Virus record (IMG/VR): IMGVR_UViG_3300042562_001017
Location: 1-64,000 of that record
Length of the DNA stretch: 64,000 nucleotides
DNA from: a virus
Reading direction: 5' to 3' (one strand)
The number at the start of each line of letters is the position of its first letter. Position 1 is the first letter of the stretch. A model generated the notes under the pieces. That model saw only the letters and a list, made by a program, of their open reading frames with translations. It made no database searches and had not been told where the DNA came from. A program made the position numbers and the translations under genes. This document shows, in pieces, positions 36,264-46,291 of this stretch.

Positions 36264-37720
36264 TGTATCCATTTAGTTTTTTAGGAGGCGCAGCAATAGA
36301 CGCACAAGCACAAGCGCACTACGATAGAGTAATAGCTGATGGCGGTTTAGTTCCTAGCGGATTAAGTGGCGTTAATGCCTTTTTTACTACTGTTAAAACC
36401 ATTTATGCAACCTCAGATATAACAACGGCTATTAGTGTTGGTTTAGATGCGCAGGTGCTAGGCTATAAACTTGGAGCGGGTGCGGGTACTACTTTAGGGC
36501 AAGCAGCGCAAAAACTTTATTCATGCAGCGGGGCAAGTGGTGACGTGGAGCAAACAACCGCAGCAAGTCAGCCGCTTTTATTGGTTTATGAGGGGGTGAA
36601 TTATTGGTGGAGTAGTGGGGTAAGTGGAAACTATTGTTCAACACCTAATTCAGCGGCTAATCAAATTACGGGGGATATTGAGATTATTGTTAAATTAAAT
36701 ATTTTTGACATTTCTGCTTCAAAAAATATTCTCGGAAAATTCCCTGCTTCGGCGGGCAATTTTCAGTATGAATTTGCACTTGTTGGTAATAAGTTTTCTT
36801 TCTTCTTCTCACAGAATGGCACAAGTTATATTGGAATAGATAGTAGTTCAATTGTGGGTATAATTTCTAATAATACCAACTATTTTATCAAATTTACTCG
36901 TGTATCATCAAGTGGAACGTATGCTTTTTATTACTCAACAGATGGAATTACTTATACACTAATAAATAATGGTACTAGCACTTCAGGTTCTATGTATAAT
37001 GGTAATGCAATACTTGAAATAGGTGCAGCAGAAGGTGGGGCATCTCCATTTAATGGCAAGATTTACCGAGTAACTCTTTCAAATACAATTGGCGGAAATC
37101 CTGTAGTCGACTTCAACCCTAGCCAATACAACGCAGCAACAAGTCAAACACAATGGACAAGTTCAACGGGAGAGATTTGGTCGGTACAAACGGGAACTGC
37201 AACAACGGGGTATAAAGGTGTTTTGGTGGATAGGACAATAACTATGTTTGACGGAATAGAAGATTTTCTACAAAACCCTACTATTTTAAGAGGCGATATT
37301 TGTAGTCAATATTTAGTTTATAAAACTGAAAACGCAATTGGAAGCGGTATAACAATAATAGATTCAGCATCATCGGCTTGGCAAAATGCATTTACTCCAG
37401 AATCTTCAAATATGAGATTGTATATGAATGGTTCAGCAGGAAACGTTTCAAAATCATTAAATACGCTTTTAACTATGTATACAACTACTAATAATCAAGG
37501 TGTATCTAATAGTATTCAAAAAAATAATGATACACCAACTACTAACGCTTATACTCCTGCACTATCAGGAACGGGTTTAAGTATTGGTAAATTAGCAAAT
37601 CTTGCATTTTACCAAAAAGGGAATGTTCAAACTTATATTTCTGCTATTGGAGTTAATACAACAACTATAAGAACAGATATGTATAATTATATCAGGTCAA
37701 TAAACAACTCAGCATTTTAA
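36263..37720 (+). CDS. LamG/concanavalin-like receptor-binding or fibre protein
   Basis: Beta-rich; LEIGA...FNGKIYRV; GC and codon shift. Confidence 0.6.
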   Translation: MYPFSFLGGAAIDAQAQAHYDRVIADGGLVPSGLSGVNAFFTTVKTIYATSDITTAISVGLDAQVLGYKLGAGAGTTLGQAAQKLYSCSGASGDVEQTTAASQPLLLVYEGVNYWWSSGVSGNYCSTPNSAANQITGDIEIIVKLNIFDISASKNILGKFPASAGNFQYEFALVGNKFSFFFSQNGTSYIGIDSSSIVGIISNNTNYFIKFTRVSSSGTYAFYYSTDGITYTLINNGTSTSGSMYNGNAILEIGAAEGGASPFNGKIYRVTLSNTIGGNPVVDFNPSQYNAATSQTQWTSSTGEIWSVQTGTATTGYKGVLVDRTITMFDGIEDFLQNPTILRGDICSQYLVYKTENAIGSGITIIDSASSAWQNAFTPESSNMRLYMNGSAGNVSKSLNTLLTMYTTTNNQGVSNSIQKNNDTPTTNAYTPALSGTGLSIGKLANLAFYQKGNVQTYISAIGVNTTTIRTDMYNYIRSINNSAF

Positions 37721-37722
37721 TT

Positions 37723-37977
37723 ATGATAGAACCAACACAAATTTACCCTTGCTTTTATGCTTGCAAAAATGAAAGCGAGTTTGAATCTTTAGATACACAA
37801 GCCTGCGAATTGTTAGACTTTCCTAATGCGGGGGCGAGCGATTATTGTAACCCAATTATTGATGTTAACGGGGTTTATTATTTTATTGTTAACCCTGAGG
37901 TTAGCAGTTTAGTTAATTTGGAATTGTGCGTTCCTTATGAAAGCATAGTTTTACCAGAAGTAGCGCCAATAGGATAG
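37723..37977 (+). CDS. Small fibre-associated protein
   Basis: ORF track; same GC-shifted block. Confidence 0.55.
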   Translation: MIEPTQIYPCFYACKNESEFESLDTQACELLDFPNAGASDYCNPIIDVNGVYYFIVNPEVSSLVNLELCVPYESIVLPEVAPIG

Positions 37978-38011
37978 TTTTGCATAATTATAAAATAAAA
38001 TAAATAAAATA

Positions 38012-38806
38012 ATGGCTTTAAGTACTAAAATAAATTTATCAGTTTCTACTGATTGGAAATCAATTATAATAACTGATTCTACTGGATATGGTATTACTGG
38101 ATATGGTTCTAATCAAGACCCTGTTGGTTTAAGAGAAGCTAGTGGTTCAGGAACAGATATTATTTCTACAAGAATAATTCTTACTTCACCTAGTGATACT
38201 ATTTATACTTTTGATTTAAATGCTAGTCAAGCTTATACTGCAACAATATCTCCTTATACTATAACTAATGTAGCTTTAGGTTTAAATGTTGATGAAATAA
38301 TTGAAGAAGGTATTTGGAAAGTAAGTTATACTCCTTACTTTGCTAATAGTCAAAGTATAAATGTTACAAATAATTCAACAACTGTAACATATGGTGCTTC
38401 ACCTCAATCTTTTACTAATATAGCTAAATTAAAAACAAATGTATCAGGAACTGCTGTGTATTATGATGTTACAGCTATTAATTCTTCAACAAATAATTTT
38501 ACTTTAGCTACACCTTATGCTGCTACAACTACAGTAGGTTATACTAATTATAATGTAGGTTACGAAGCTATTGAACTTATACCTATTTCTAAAACTATTA
38601 AAGATTGTTTAGATTCTAGAGTTGCAGCACTTCCTCAATCAAATTGTCCTTGTAAAGACAAACAAGTAAATACTCTTATGAATAATTATTTGCTTTATGA
38701 TGCTATGTTTATAAACGCTATGTTTAATAATGAACCTAAAGCAATTCAACTTTACGATATACTTTCTAATTATTGTTCAGACTCTGATTGTAAATGTAAT
38801 GGATAA
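38012..38806 (+). CDS. Structural protein, tail hub-like, Cys-rich C-terminus
   Basis: CPCKD...CSDSDCKC; synteny. Confidence 0.55.
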   Translation: MALSTKINLSVSTDWKSIIITDSTGYGITGYGSNQDPVGLREASGSGTDIISTRIILTSPSDTIYTFDLNASQAYTATISPYTITNVALGLNVDEIIEEGIWKVSYTPYFANSQSINVTNNSTTVTYGASPQSFTNIAKLKTNVSGTAVYYDVTAINSSTNNFTLATPYAATTTVGYTNYNVGYEAIELIPISKTIKDCLDSRVAALPQSNCPCKDKQVNTLMNNYLLYDAMFINAMFNNEPKAIQLYDILSNYCSDSDCKCNG

Positions 38807-39044
38807 AACTCAAAATCTTTCTGCAATTAACAATATAAATTTGTCTATTCAGAAAATAAGCAATAACTTTGTAAATAAGTTAAGTTTTGGTATAATATCT
38901 AGACAATGTTTAGATGAAGCCAAACTTCTGTACTTGTACAGTCGAATTCTTGAAGATAGAAATTTTATTAATGACTATCTTACTGAAGACGAATATAACG
39001 CTATATATATAGATGTTCAACGTATAACTAAAAAAACAATATGA
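38799..39044 (+). CDS. Small structural protein (tail hub partner?)
   Basis: ORF track 38730..39044; start moved to MDKTQ. Confidence 0.5.
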   Translation: MDKTQNLSAINNINLSIQKISNNFVNKLSFGIISRQCLDEAKLLYLYSRILEDRNFINDYLTEDEYNAIYIDVQRITKKTI

Positions 39045-39322
39045 GTGGATTAACTGCTGGGGAATCATTCCTCAAATCAATTTTAGACCTTTGGAGAAAT
39101 AGAACTGCTAACGGAGTTATTTCTAAATCATACACTTTAACTGCTACACCAACACCTCTTGCAGATTTTAACTGTAAAGCTGTTCAACTATTGACATCTT
39201 CTACAGTTACTTTAGGTAGTGGAGATTCTATAACTTATGCAGGAGGATTACTTCCTTGCAATAATGCTAATAATATATTAGTATCAGGTTCAGGTACTTT
39301 AAATTATTTAATTTTTATTTAA
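39041..39322 (+). CDS. Hypothetical structural protein
   Basis: ORF track, ATGA coupling. Confidence 0.6.
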   Translation: MSGLTAGESFLKSILDLWRNRTANGVISKSYTLTATPTPLADFNCKAVQLLTSSTVTLGSGDSITYAGGLLPCNNANNILVSGSGTLNYLIFI

Positions 39323-39323
39323 T

Positions 39324-40886
39324 ATGGCAATAGGTATAGATTTAGCCATTGGTTCAAGTGCAGCTAGTGGTGGTGGTGGTTCTGTTAATACTGGAGTATT
39401 ACAGATATCTGGCGGTGGAGCATTATCAGGAACATTACAAACAATTACTGACCAAAGTAGTAACGCAAGTCCATTGCAGTTAAGTACTGCTTCGGTAAGT
39501 TTTGGAGGTTCAACGGGATTAAATTGGGATAATGCTAATACTAGACTAGGTATTGGAACAAATACTCCTTTAGGCATTTTACATTTAAAAGTGTCAGCCG
39601 CAGCTACTCGATTAATATTAGATGGTGACGCAGCGCAAAGTAAAATTATTACTTATAGAACTGCTGGACTTCAGCGTTTTGGGCTATACACTAATAATAC
39701 AGCCGAAAGTGGAGCAAATGTAGGTAGCGATTTTGCTATACGTGCTTACAACGATGCAGGTACTTTGCTTTCAACTCCTATTTTTATTAAAAGAAGTACA
39801 GGTTTTGTAGGTATAGGAACAACCTCAGTAAGTGCAATGCTTCAAGTAAGAGGAGACGGGACTAATCCAATTGCTAGGTTTGAAAGTAGTGACGGAAGTA
39901 TAAATTGGAGATTTTCAGCAGGCGGTTTTGGTCTTGAAAATTCTTATCAAGCAGGTATTTATGGCGCTGCAATAAGTGGAGATTATTCTTTTGCAGCAAG
40001 TTCTTATAATAACTTAGGGTCAACGGTAGCTTTTCAGGGAATAGCTAATATAAATGGAACTATTGCAGTACCTTCATCAGGAACAGGAACTAAACATATT
40101 TTAGCAGTTAATTACATTATTAACAACGCAGGCGCACAAACGGGAACGGCAACGGGTATATTCTTAAATGCTACTGAAACGGCATTGAATGGAATGACGC
40201 ATAATTTAATGGATTTGCAAGTTGGGGGAGTAAGTAAGTTTTTAATAAAATCAAATGCAGCAGGTTTTATAAATGATGTAAATGGTTTAATTGTTGGTAA
40301 TCAAATACAAACGGGAAATTATTATGCGACGAATACTACTTATGGATATAATGTTGGTAATCAAGCCTATGTTTTATCAAATGCAGTTGGTAACATAATT
40401 TTAAAAGATGCTGGTGGTGCTCATACTAGCGGTAGTTTTAATATGTTAATTCTTGGAGCAGCAACAAACGCTTTCCCTGCATTAAAGAGAAACGGGGCGG
40501 CGATTGATTTTAGGTTGGCGGATGATAGTGGGTATGCTGATGTTAATATGGGGCAAGCTACTTTTGGGGGTTCTAATGGTTATATAGGTATTAATAACTC
40601 TGCTTCAATAGATTCTGCTTTAAGAGCTATTAGAACAAACTCTGGAAGCAGCCCACTAAGTATAAGCACAGGTGAAGTTGGGGTTGGAGATACTACAACT
40701 TATGCTTCTGCAATATTTGCGATTGGTTCTACTACTAGAGGTTTTTTACCTCCTAGAATGACTACAACGCAAGTAAATGCAATTGCAAGTCCGGCGGAAG
40801 GTTTAGTTGTTTTTAATACAACTATTTCGCACCTTTGCGTTTATCAATCGGGCGGTTGGGTTAAAATGAATCACTCACCAATGTAA
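39324..40886 (+). CDS. Tail fibre protein
   Basis: RLGIGTNTP / VGIGTTS repeats; C-terminal STTRGFLPPRMTTTQVNAIASPAEGLVVFNTT. Confidence 0.75.
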   Translation: MAIGIDLAIGSSAASGGGGSVNTGVLQISGGGALSGTLQTITDQSSNASPLQLSTASVSFGGSTGLNWDNANTRLGIGTNTPLGILHLKVSAAATRLILDGDAAQSKIITYRTAGLQRFGLYTNNTAESGANVGSDFAIRAYNDAGTLLSTPIFIKRSTGFVGIGTTSVSAMLQVRGDGTNPIARFESSDGSINWRFSAGGFGLENSYQAGIYGAAISGDYSFAASSYNNLGSTVAFQGIANINGTIAVPSSGTGTKHILAVNYIINNAGAQTGTATGIFLNATETALNGMTHNLMDLQVGGVSKFLIKSNAAGFINDVNGLIVGNQIQTGNYYATNTTYGYNVGNQAYVLSNAVGNIILKDAGGAHTSGSFNMLILGAATNAFPALKRNGAAIDFRLADDSGYADVNMGQATFGGSNGYIGINNSASIDSALRAIRTNSGSSPLSISTGEVGVGDTTTYASAIFAIGSTTRGFLPPRMTTTQVNAIASPAEGLVVFNTTISHLCVYQSGGWVKMNHSPM

Positions 40887-40908
40887 TAACAATTTAATAA
40901 ATAAAAAT

Positions 40909-41196
40909 ATGATACAAGCAAACGGAATCATAAAAGATTCAAACGGGGTCACTGAATATTCAAACCCTTTAATTAATGTTTACATGAACTCAGGTTCAAA
41001 GTTTGTGCCTACTATTGGAGTGGCGCAAGTTGGTAAAATTGTAACTCAAGGAGAAACCGAAAGTTTCAATCCAGTTGCTCAAATAGGCACTTACGAATAC
41101 ACTTTAGAAAACCCTAGCTTTTTAGAAGTACAACAAGCAGTCTTGACAGGTTTAGAAACAGACTATCCAGAAGTAACATTTTCAATAATCGAATAA
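40909..41196 (+). CDS. Fibre-associated hypothetical protein
   Basis: ORF track. Confidence 0.6.
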   Translation: MIQANGIIKDSNGVTEYSNPLINVYMNSGSKFVPTIGVAQVGKIVTQGETESFNPVAQIGTYEYTLENPSFLEVQQAVLTGLETDYPEVTFSIIE

Positions 41197-41228
41197 AACC
41201 AAAAAATGCTAATTAAATTATAGCTGGG

Positions 41229-41260
41229 TTTGCTTTTTAATATTTTTTTTTGTATATTTG
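41229..41260 (+). promoter_or_regulatory. Consensus Bacteroidota promoter of the HNH gene
   Basis: TTTG-N20-TATATTTG, 5 nt before ATG 41266. Confidence 0.75.
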
Positions 41261-41265
41261 TTTCT

Positions 41266-42078
41266 ATGAATAATACAGATAAAATAGGACTAAGATTTAA
41301 CAGATTAGTTATTGTTGAATTAGCAGGGAAAGATAAGTTTGGCAAAACTTTGTATAAATGCCTGTGCGACTGCGGAAATTATAATATTACAAATATTAGT
41401 CAGCTAAGAAGTGGTAAGACTGGAAGTTGCGGATGCTATCATAGAGAAAGGATTTCAGAAAGTAAAAAGAAAGATTTGACAGGATTTTCTAATAATAGAT
41501 TAACTGTCATAAAATTATCTTCTGAAAAAAAATCTAGCAATCAAATGTGGATATGCAAATGCGAGTGCGGCAACGAAGTGATTGTGAAAGGTGCTAGCAT
41601 AGCAAATGGGAATACAAAATCTTGCGGATGTTTAAGTATTGAAAAAATAATAGAAAGAAACACAACGCATGGCAAAAGCAGCACTGATGAAGCCAAGGTT
41701 TGGTATAGAATTAGAAAAAGATGCTTAAACCCAAAAGACTATAATTATAATAGATACGGTGGCAGAGGAATAAAAATATGCGATAGGTGGTTAAATAGTT
41801 TTGAAAATTTTTTATCTGATATGGGCAAAAGACCAACTTCAAAACACAGTATAGATAGGATAGATAATAATGGGGATTATGAGCCAAATAATTGCAGGTG
41901 GGCAACAAGACTTGAGCAAGCTAATAATACCTCAAAATGTGTAGAGATTATGCATAAAGAAACTGGTGTTTTTTATACATCAATTAATGCAGCTTCTAGA
42001 GCATTTAATCTGCCTAAAGGTTTTCTGGATGACCAATTAAGAAAAAGAAATAAAAATAGTAAATTTGTAAAATTATGA
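41266..42078 (+). mobile_element. Free-standing HNH homing endonuclease
   Basis: Two CxCxCGN...SCGC repeats, [29 protein letters not shown]. Confidence 0.88.
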
Positions 42079-42248
42079 ACAACACAACAATTAAAGTAGA
42101 ATTAAGCTTAGACCAGTGTCAGCTAATTCTTTCGGGTTTAGCGGAATTACCAGCTAAACATTCTATTGATTTAATCTTAAAACTTAAAACTGAGTTTGAA
42201 TCACAAATCAAAGAATCAGGTGCTGAAGAAGCAGAAGTAGTAAAATAG
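42075..42248 (+). CDS. Small helical protein (57 aa), fibre-chaperone-like
   Basis: Read manually: [38 protein letters not shown]... Confidence 0.6.
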   Translation: MNNTTIKVELSLDQCQLILSGLAELPAKHSIDLILKLKTEFESQIKESGAEEAEVVK

Positions 42249-42252
42249 TAAA

Positions 42253-42999
42253 ATGAAGAACTTACCTAAAGAAGAACTTTTAAGCCGACTAGAAGCAATT
42301 AATCGCAGCAATGCTATTATTTACTTTGACTTGAACGGATTTATTCTTGGCGTCAATGCAATCTTTTTGAAGGCTATGGGCTTTCAAGAAGACGAACACG
42401 ATAAGCTAATTGGCAAACATCACTCTATCTTTGTTGACTATAAGTATAGCAAATCGGAAGAATATGTAAAGTTTTGGGAGGTTCTAAGAAGCGGAAAGTT
42501 CTTCGAAGGAGAGTTTGAAAGGAAAAAGATTGATGGTAGTCCAATTTATTTGCAGGCTACTTACAACCCAATCTTTGATGAAGACGGAAACATCACTAAA
42601 ATAATGAAGATTGCAACCGATATTTCTCAGATGGTTGTAAGTAAAAAAAAGATTGATGAATTATCCGCTAATCTACAAGCAGAATTAGAAAATTCAAACA
42701 AGCTAAAAGAAGCTATTGAGATAGAAAAGGATGCAGCTTTAAACGACCTAGACGCAAGTATTAAGAAAAGCCAAAACGAACTGATTAAAGTGATTGTGAA
42801 AAGTGCTTTATTTGTCATTATGAGCGTAGGCTTCATTACAACTATCATGTATTCCTTTGCTATTCTTTCAAACAAAGATACTCAGATAATCGGCTCAACT
42901 TGGAGTAATATGTTTAGTGTTTTATTGACAAACGCATTCTCAATAGTTGGAACTATTATGGGTATTAAATACGCAACCTCAGATAATCAAACTAAATAA
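42253..42999 (+). CDS. PAS/PAC domain + coiled coil + 2-TM membrane protein
   Basis: AINRSNAIIYFDLNGFILGVN..F...GKHHSIFV...FWEVLRSG..FEGEFER..IDGSPIYLQATYNPIFDEDG.ITKIMKIATDIS is a chemoreceptor-type PAS; two C-terminal hydrophobic helices. Confidence 0.88.
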   Translation: MKNLPKEELLSRLEAINRSNAIIYFDLNGFILGVNAIFLKAMGFQEDEHDKLIGKHHSIFVDYKYSKSEEYVKFWEVLRSGKFFEGEFERKKIDGSPIYLQATYNPIFDEDGNITKIMKIATDISQMVVSKKKIDELSANLQAELENSNKLKEAIEIEKDAALNDLDASIKKSQNELIKVIVKSALFVIMSVGFITTIMYSFAILSNKDTQIIGSTWSNMFSVLLTNAFSIVGTIMGIKYATSDNQTK

Positions 43000-43006
43000 A
43001 TAAACT

Positions 43007-43471
43007 ATGCAATTAAGTACTAATCTTTCATTAGCCGAAGTTACAAGAAGCGAAACCGCTAAACGTAAAGGAATTAGTAATATGCCAACTCCTGAGCATA
43101 TTGAGAACTTTAAGAAGTTAGCTGCAAATATATTCCAACCAATTAGAGAACACTTTGGCAAACCTATTATAATCAGTTCAGGTTATAGAAGCGCAGAGTT
43201 AAACAAGGCTATCAGTGGAAGTTTGTCCAGCCAACATTGCTCAGGTGAAGCGATTGATATTGATATGGATGGAACGGACATTACCAACAAGCAAATCTTT
43301 GATTACATTAAAGACAACTTAAATTTTGACCAAATGATTTGGGAATTTGGAACAGATGCTAATCCTGATTGGGTTCACGTTTCTTTTGCTGCAAATAGGT
43401 CACAACGTAAACAAATATTAGTTGCTAAAAAGGTAAATGGAAAAACCACCTACACTCCTTACGTTAAATAA
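43007..43471 (+). CDS. Endolysin, peptidase M15 family
   Basis: SSGYRS, SQHCSGEAID, WVHVS. Confidence 0.85.
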   Translation: MQLSTNLSLAEVTRSETAKRKGISNMPTPEHIENFKKLAANIFQPIREHFGKPIIISSGYRSAELNKAISGSLSSQHCSGEAIDIDMDGTDITNKQIFDYIKDNLNFDQMIWEFGTDANPDWVHVSFAANRSQRKQILVAKKVNGKTTYTPYVK

Positions 43472-43472
43472 A

Positions 43473-43748
43473 ATGGCTGAAGCTAAGTTGACTGTTATAG
43501 ATAGAATGAAGATATGGGCATTCCCTGTGAGTATGTCCATTATATCTTTTTACCTTTTTGCTACATTTAAAAAATTAGATGAGGTGCATGCTGATGTTCA
43601 TGCAGTAAAGATTTCTATAGAAGTGCTTAAAAAGGATATAGATTATTCTAAAGCTACTGTTAGTGACCATGAACAAAGACTTAGAGGTTTAGAAAAATCA
43701 ACATCAGTAGATAATACTAGAGTAAACTATGAAGCTTATAACAATTAA
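43473..43748 (+). CDS. Single-TM coiled-coil lysis-cassette protein
   Basis: TM WAFPVSMSIISFYLFATF, then DHEQRLRGLE. Confidence 0.55.
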   Translation: MAEAKLTVIDRMKIWAFPVSMSIISFYLFATFKKLDEVHADVHAVKISIEVLKKDIDYSKATVSDHEQRLRGLEKSTSVDNTRVNYEAYNN

Positions 43749-43769
43749 AACTAATTTTATAAAAATATA

Positions 43770-44201
43770 ATGAAATACTTAATTTTACTTTTAGTAATTA
43801 TCTTTTGTTCAGCTGTAATGGACACAACAAATTACATTGCAGCTTTTTTAAAAAGAAAAGGCTATCAAAAATTATTTGAATGGTTTAATAGTAATAGCTG
43901 GAAAAACAAATGGCGTTTTTCAGAGTGGCTTCAAAAAATTGGATTAAGTAAGAGGTTAGCTAAATGGCTTGCAGCAGATGTACTTGTTATATTTACTGAT
44001 GGATGGCATTTTTTTAAAGCAATAATGATGGCTTTGATTCAATATATGGTTGCTGTTCTATCTATTGGTAATGTAAATAGCTTTTTGATTTTTATTAACT
44101 TTCCTATTACAAATATTAGCGTTGAAGTATTAGCCTTTATTTTGTTCTTAGTAGGAGGTCAAATATTTAATTTAATTTTTTACAGATTTAGAAGATTATG
44201 A
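43770..44201 (+). CDS. Multi-TM membrane protein
   Basis: 3-4 hydrophobic segments; SWKNKW, TDGWHFFK. Confidence 0.6.
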   Translation: MKYLILLLVIIFCSAVMDTTNYIAAFLKRKGYQKLFEWFNSNSWKNKWRFSEWLQKIGLSKRLAKWLAADVLVIFTDGWHFFKAIMMALIQYMVAVLSIGNVNSFLIFINFPITNISVEVLAFILFLVGGQIFNLIFYRFRRL

Positions 44202-44482
44202 TGCCAAACATTCAAGAGTTTAAATGGATAGAAATGTTTACTGATAGTAAAGGTAGAACAAGTCCAAGTAAAGTATTAGGATTTTTTGGAGGAGTAATTT
44301 CTTTATTAGTATTCTTTATAGCTGCTATGGATGCTATATTTTTTTCTTTAAATGAATTTAGTAATGGTACATTAACAACACTTACTGTTCAAGCATTAGC
44401 TTTATTTACTGCTAGTGGAACATTATTAGGTATTAGACGTTTTACAAAAGATAAAGAAGTATTAGATGAAAAAAACAATTAA
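44198..44482 (+). CDS. Holin-like 2-TM protein
   Basis: DSKGRTSPSKV, two TMs, charged C-tail. Confidence 0.55.
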   Translation: MMPNIQEFKWIEMFTDSKGRTSPSKVLGFFGGVISLLVFFIAAMDAIFFSLNEFSNGTLTTLTVQALALFTASGTLLGIRRFTKDKEVLDEKNN

Positions 44483-44855
44483 AAATTTTAAGATAAAAAA
44501 TATGAGTGTTGATAAAGTATTAAATTTTATATTATTGCTATTTATAGTGTTAATTGTTATTTTTAAAAATAATGAAACAAATAAATTAGAAAAACAAATA
44601 AATGAAATGTCTTTAAAAGAAGACACTTTATTTACTAATTACAATAAGTTATTGAATAATTATGAAACTCATGATTCAGTATTAAATTTATCTATAAATA
44701 ATAGAAAACAAAATGTATATGTTACTAATAAAATAATTTACGAAAATGAAAAAAAAGATATTGTTAACCTTTCTGATTATCACACCGATAGTTTGTTTAA
44801 GTCAAATCTCAAATGGGCTTACGCTAGATACTTCTATTTATTTAACGAAAACTGA
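44466..44855 (+). CDS. Spanin-like inner-membrane protein
   Basis: N-terminal TM plus coiled coil; overlaps the next gene. Confidence 0.45.
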   Translation: MKKTIKNFKIKNMSVDKVLNFILLLFIVLIVIFKNNETNKLEKQINEMSLKEDTLFTNYNKLLNNYETHDSVLNLSINNRKQNVYVTNKIIYENEKKDIVNLSDYHTDSLFKSNLKWAYARYFYLFNEN

Positions 44856-45138
44856 TAAAATTGTAGTTAATCTTATGGCTAAAGAAATTAAACAATTAGA
44901 AAAACAGTCTTTAGGTAAAGATACTATAATCAATGAATTGGTTGAAAGAATCAATTGGAAAGATGTTATGATTAATTCAAATAAGAAAACTATTGCAGAC
45001 TATAATAATAAAACTTCTAAATTAGAAAAAGAAAACGTAAATTTGAAGAATTCAATTATTAAATATAAATCTAGATATAATATTGCATTAACTGTTGCAA
45101 TTATAGAAGGAGTTATATTAACTTTATTATTATTATGA
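44746..45138 (+). CDS. Spanin-like protein (signal peptide, coiled coil, C-terminal TM)
   Basis: MKKKILLTFLIITPIVC..., C-terminal IALTVAIIEGVILTLLL. Confidence 0.45.
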   Translation: MKKKILLTFLIITPIVCLSQISNGLTLDTSIYLTKTDKIVVNLMAKEIKQLEKQSLGKDTIINELVERINWKDVMINSNKKTIADYNNKTSKLEKENVNLKNSIIKYKSRYNIALTVAIIEGVILTLLLL

Positions 45139-45800
45139 CAAAAAACGAAATAGTTTATAATTGGTTAAATTTAATTAAGTCTGGAAGAATATCAGATGAT
45201 TTTACTCCCAGTATAAATCAATTGTCTTTTATAGCTGATTATAAAAGAGCACAATACATACGTCAAGACCAAACTAAAAACTATTTCGATACTGACCAGT
45301 TTTATCAAGATTTAGGTTGCATCAACATGATTAAAGTTGATAAAGCTGAATGTTGTACTATTGGTTTAGATTGTGAAGTCTTAAGAACTGAAGTTAAAAT
45401 TCCAGCTATTATTAGATTAAAAGAAAGATATGGTTTAAAGATATCAGCAGTAGATAGACAAACCAGATTTACTATTGTCTTACCAGAAAGAAGTCCTTTT
45501 TTAGGTAATACTAAATTTCCTCAATTAGGAGTTAAAGTTTATTTTTTAAATGGATATATTTATATTCCTGAAAGTTTTGACATTAGAGCTCTTAATGTAA
45601 GAGCAATATTAGAAAAACCTGAACAAGCTAAAACTTTTATTTGTGATGGTGATGCTTGTTATACTAATGATTCAGATTATCCAATGACAGCAGACATGAT
45701 AGATTTAATTACAAAAGATATAATGAGTAGTGAATTGAATATTTTAACGAGAATGATTCCTGATGAAACAAACGATGGAACCGATAAAATCCAAAGCTAG
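45135..45800 (+). CDS. Tail ring protein (crAss-like)
   Basis: QDLGCI.M..VD, FLNGYIY, DYPM..DMI; synteny. Confidence 0.65.
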   Translation: MTKNEIVYNWLNLIKSGRISDDFTPSINQLSFIADYKRAQYIRQDQTKNYFDTDQFYQDLGCINMIKVDKAECCTIGLDCEVLRTEVKIPAIIRLKERYGLKISAVDRQTRFTIVLPERSPFLGNTKFPQLGVKVYFLNGYIYIPESFDIRALNVRAILEKPEQAKTFICDGDACYTNDSDYPMTADMIDLITKDIMSSELNILTRMIPDETNDGTDKIQS

Positions 45801-46263
45801 ATATAATTGGTATAAAGAAAATTATCAAAAACCTGTAGATTTAGTTTTATATAATCAGATATGTTGGGAATTAAACCAAGAAGTAATTGATTATTTAATT
45901 CTAGGTGAAGGTAATAAGTTTTATTTTAATTCAAGATTAGGCTATATATCTGTATATAAGTTTATTAGAGAAATAAAATTAAAAAATGGTAAACTAAATG
46001 CTCCTCCTGATTGGGGTAAAACTCGTAAACTTAAAGCTGAAGGTAAACTAGAAAAAGGCAAAGTAGTTTATATAACTGACAATTACTATGTAGGTTTTAA
46101 ATGGGTTAAAGAAAAATGTAATGTCAAAGGACATAACGCATATAAGTTTAAATCTTCTAGAACTAATGGAATTGAAAGTACTACTGGAGCTAACAATAAA
46201 CTAAGACAAGTTCTTAAAGAACCTTTAAATCATTTTAAATTTCCTATATATTCTAAAAAATAA
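45763..46263 (+). CDS. Divergent IHF/HU-like protein
   Basis: RLGYISV, PDWGKT; syntenic with crAss IHF-like genes. Confidence 0.5.
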   Translation: MKQTMEPIKSKARYNWYKENYQKPVDLVLYNQICWELNQEVIDYLILGEGNKFYFNSRLGYISVYKFIREIKLKNGKLNAPPDWGKTRKLKAEGKLEKGKVVYITDNYYVGFKWVKEKCNVKGHNAYKFKSSRTNGIESTTGANNKLRQVLKEPLNHFKFPIYSKK

Positions 46264-46291
46264 TTACCTTTGTAACTCAAAGGTAAAAGTT

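Noticed and set aside
42253-42999. Methyl-accepting chemotaxis protein or host contamination
   Set aside because: There is no MCP signalling domain, and the gene is tightly embedded among phage genes.
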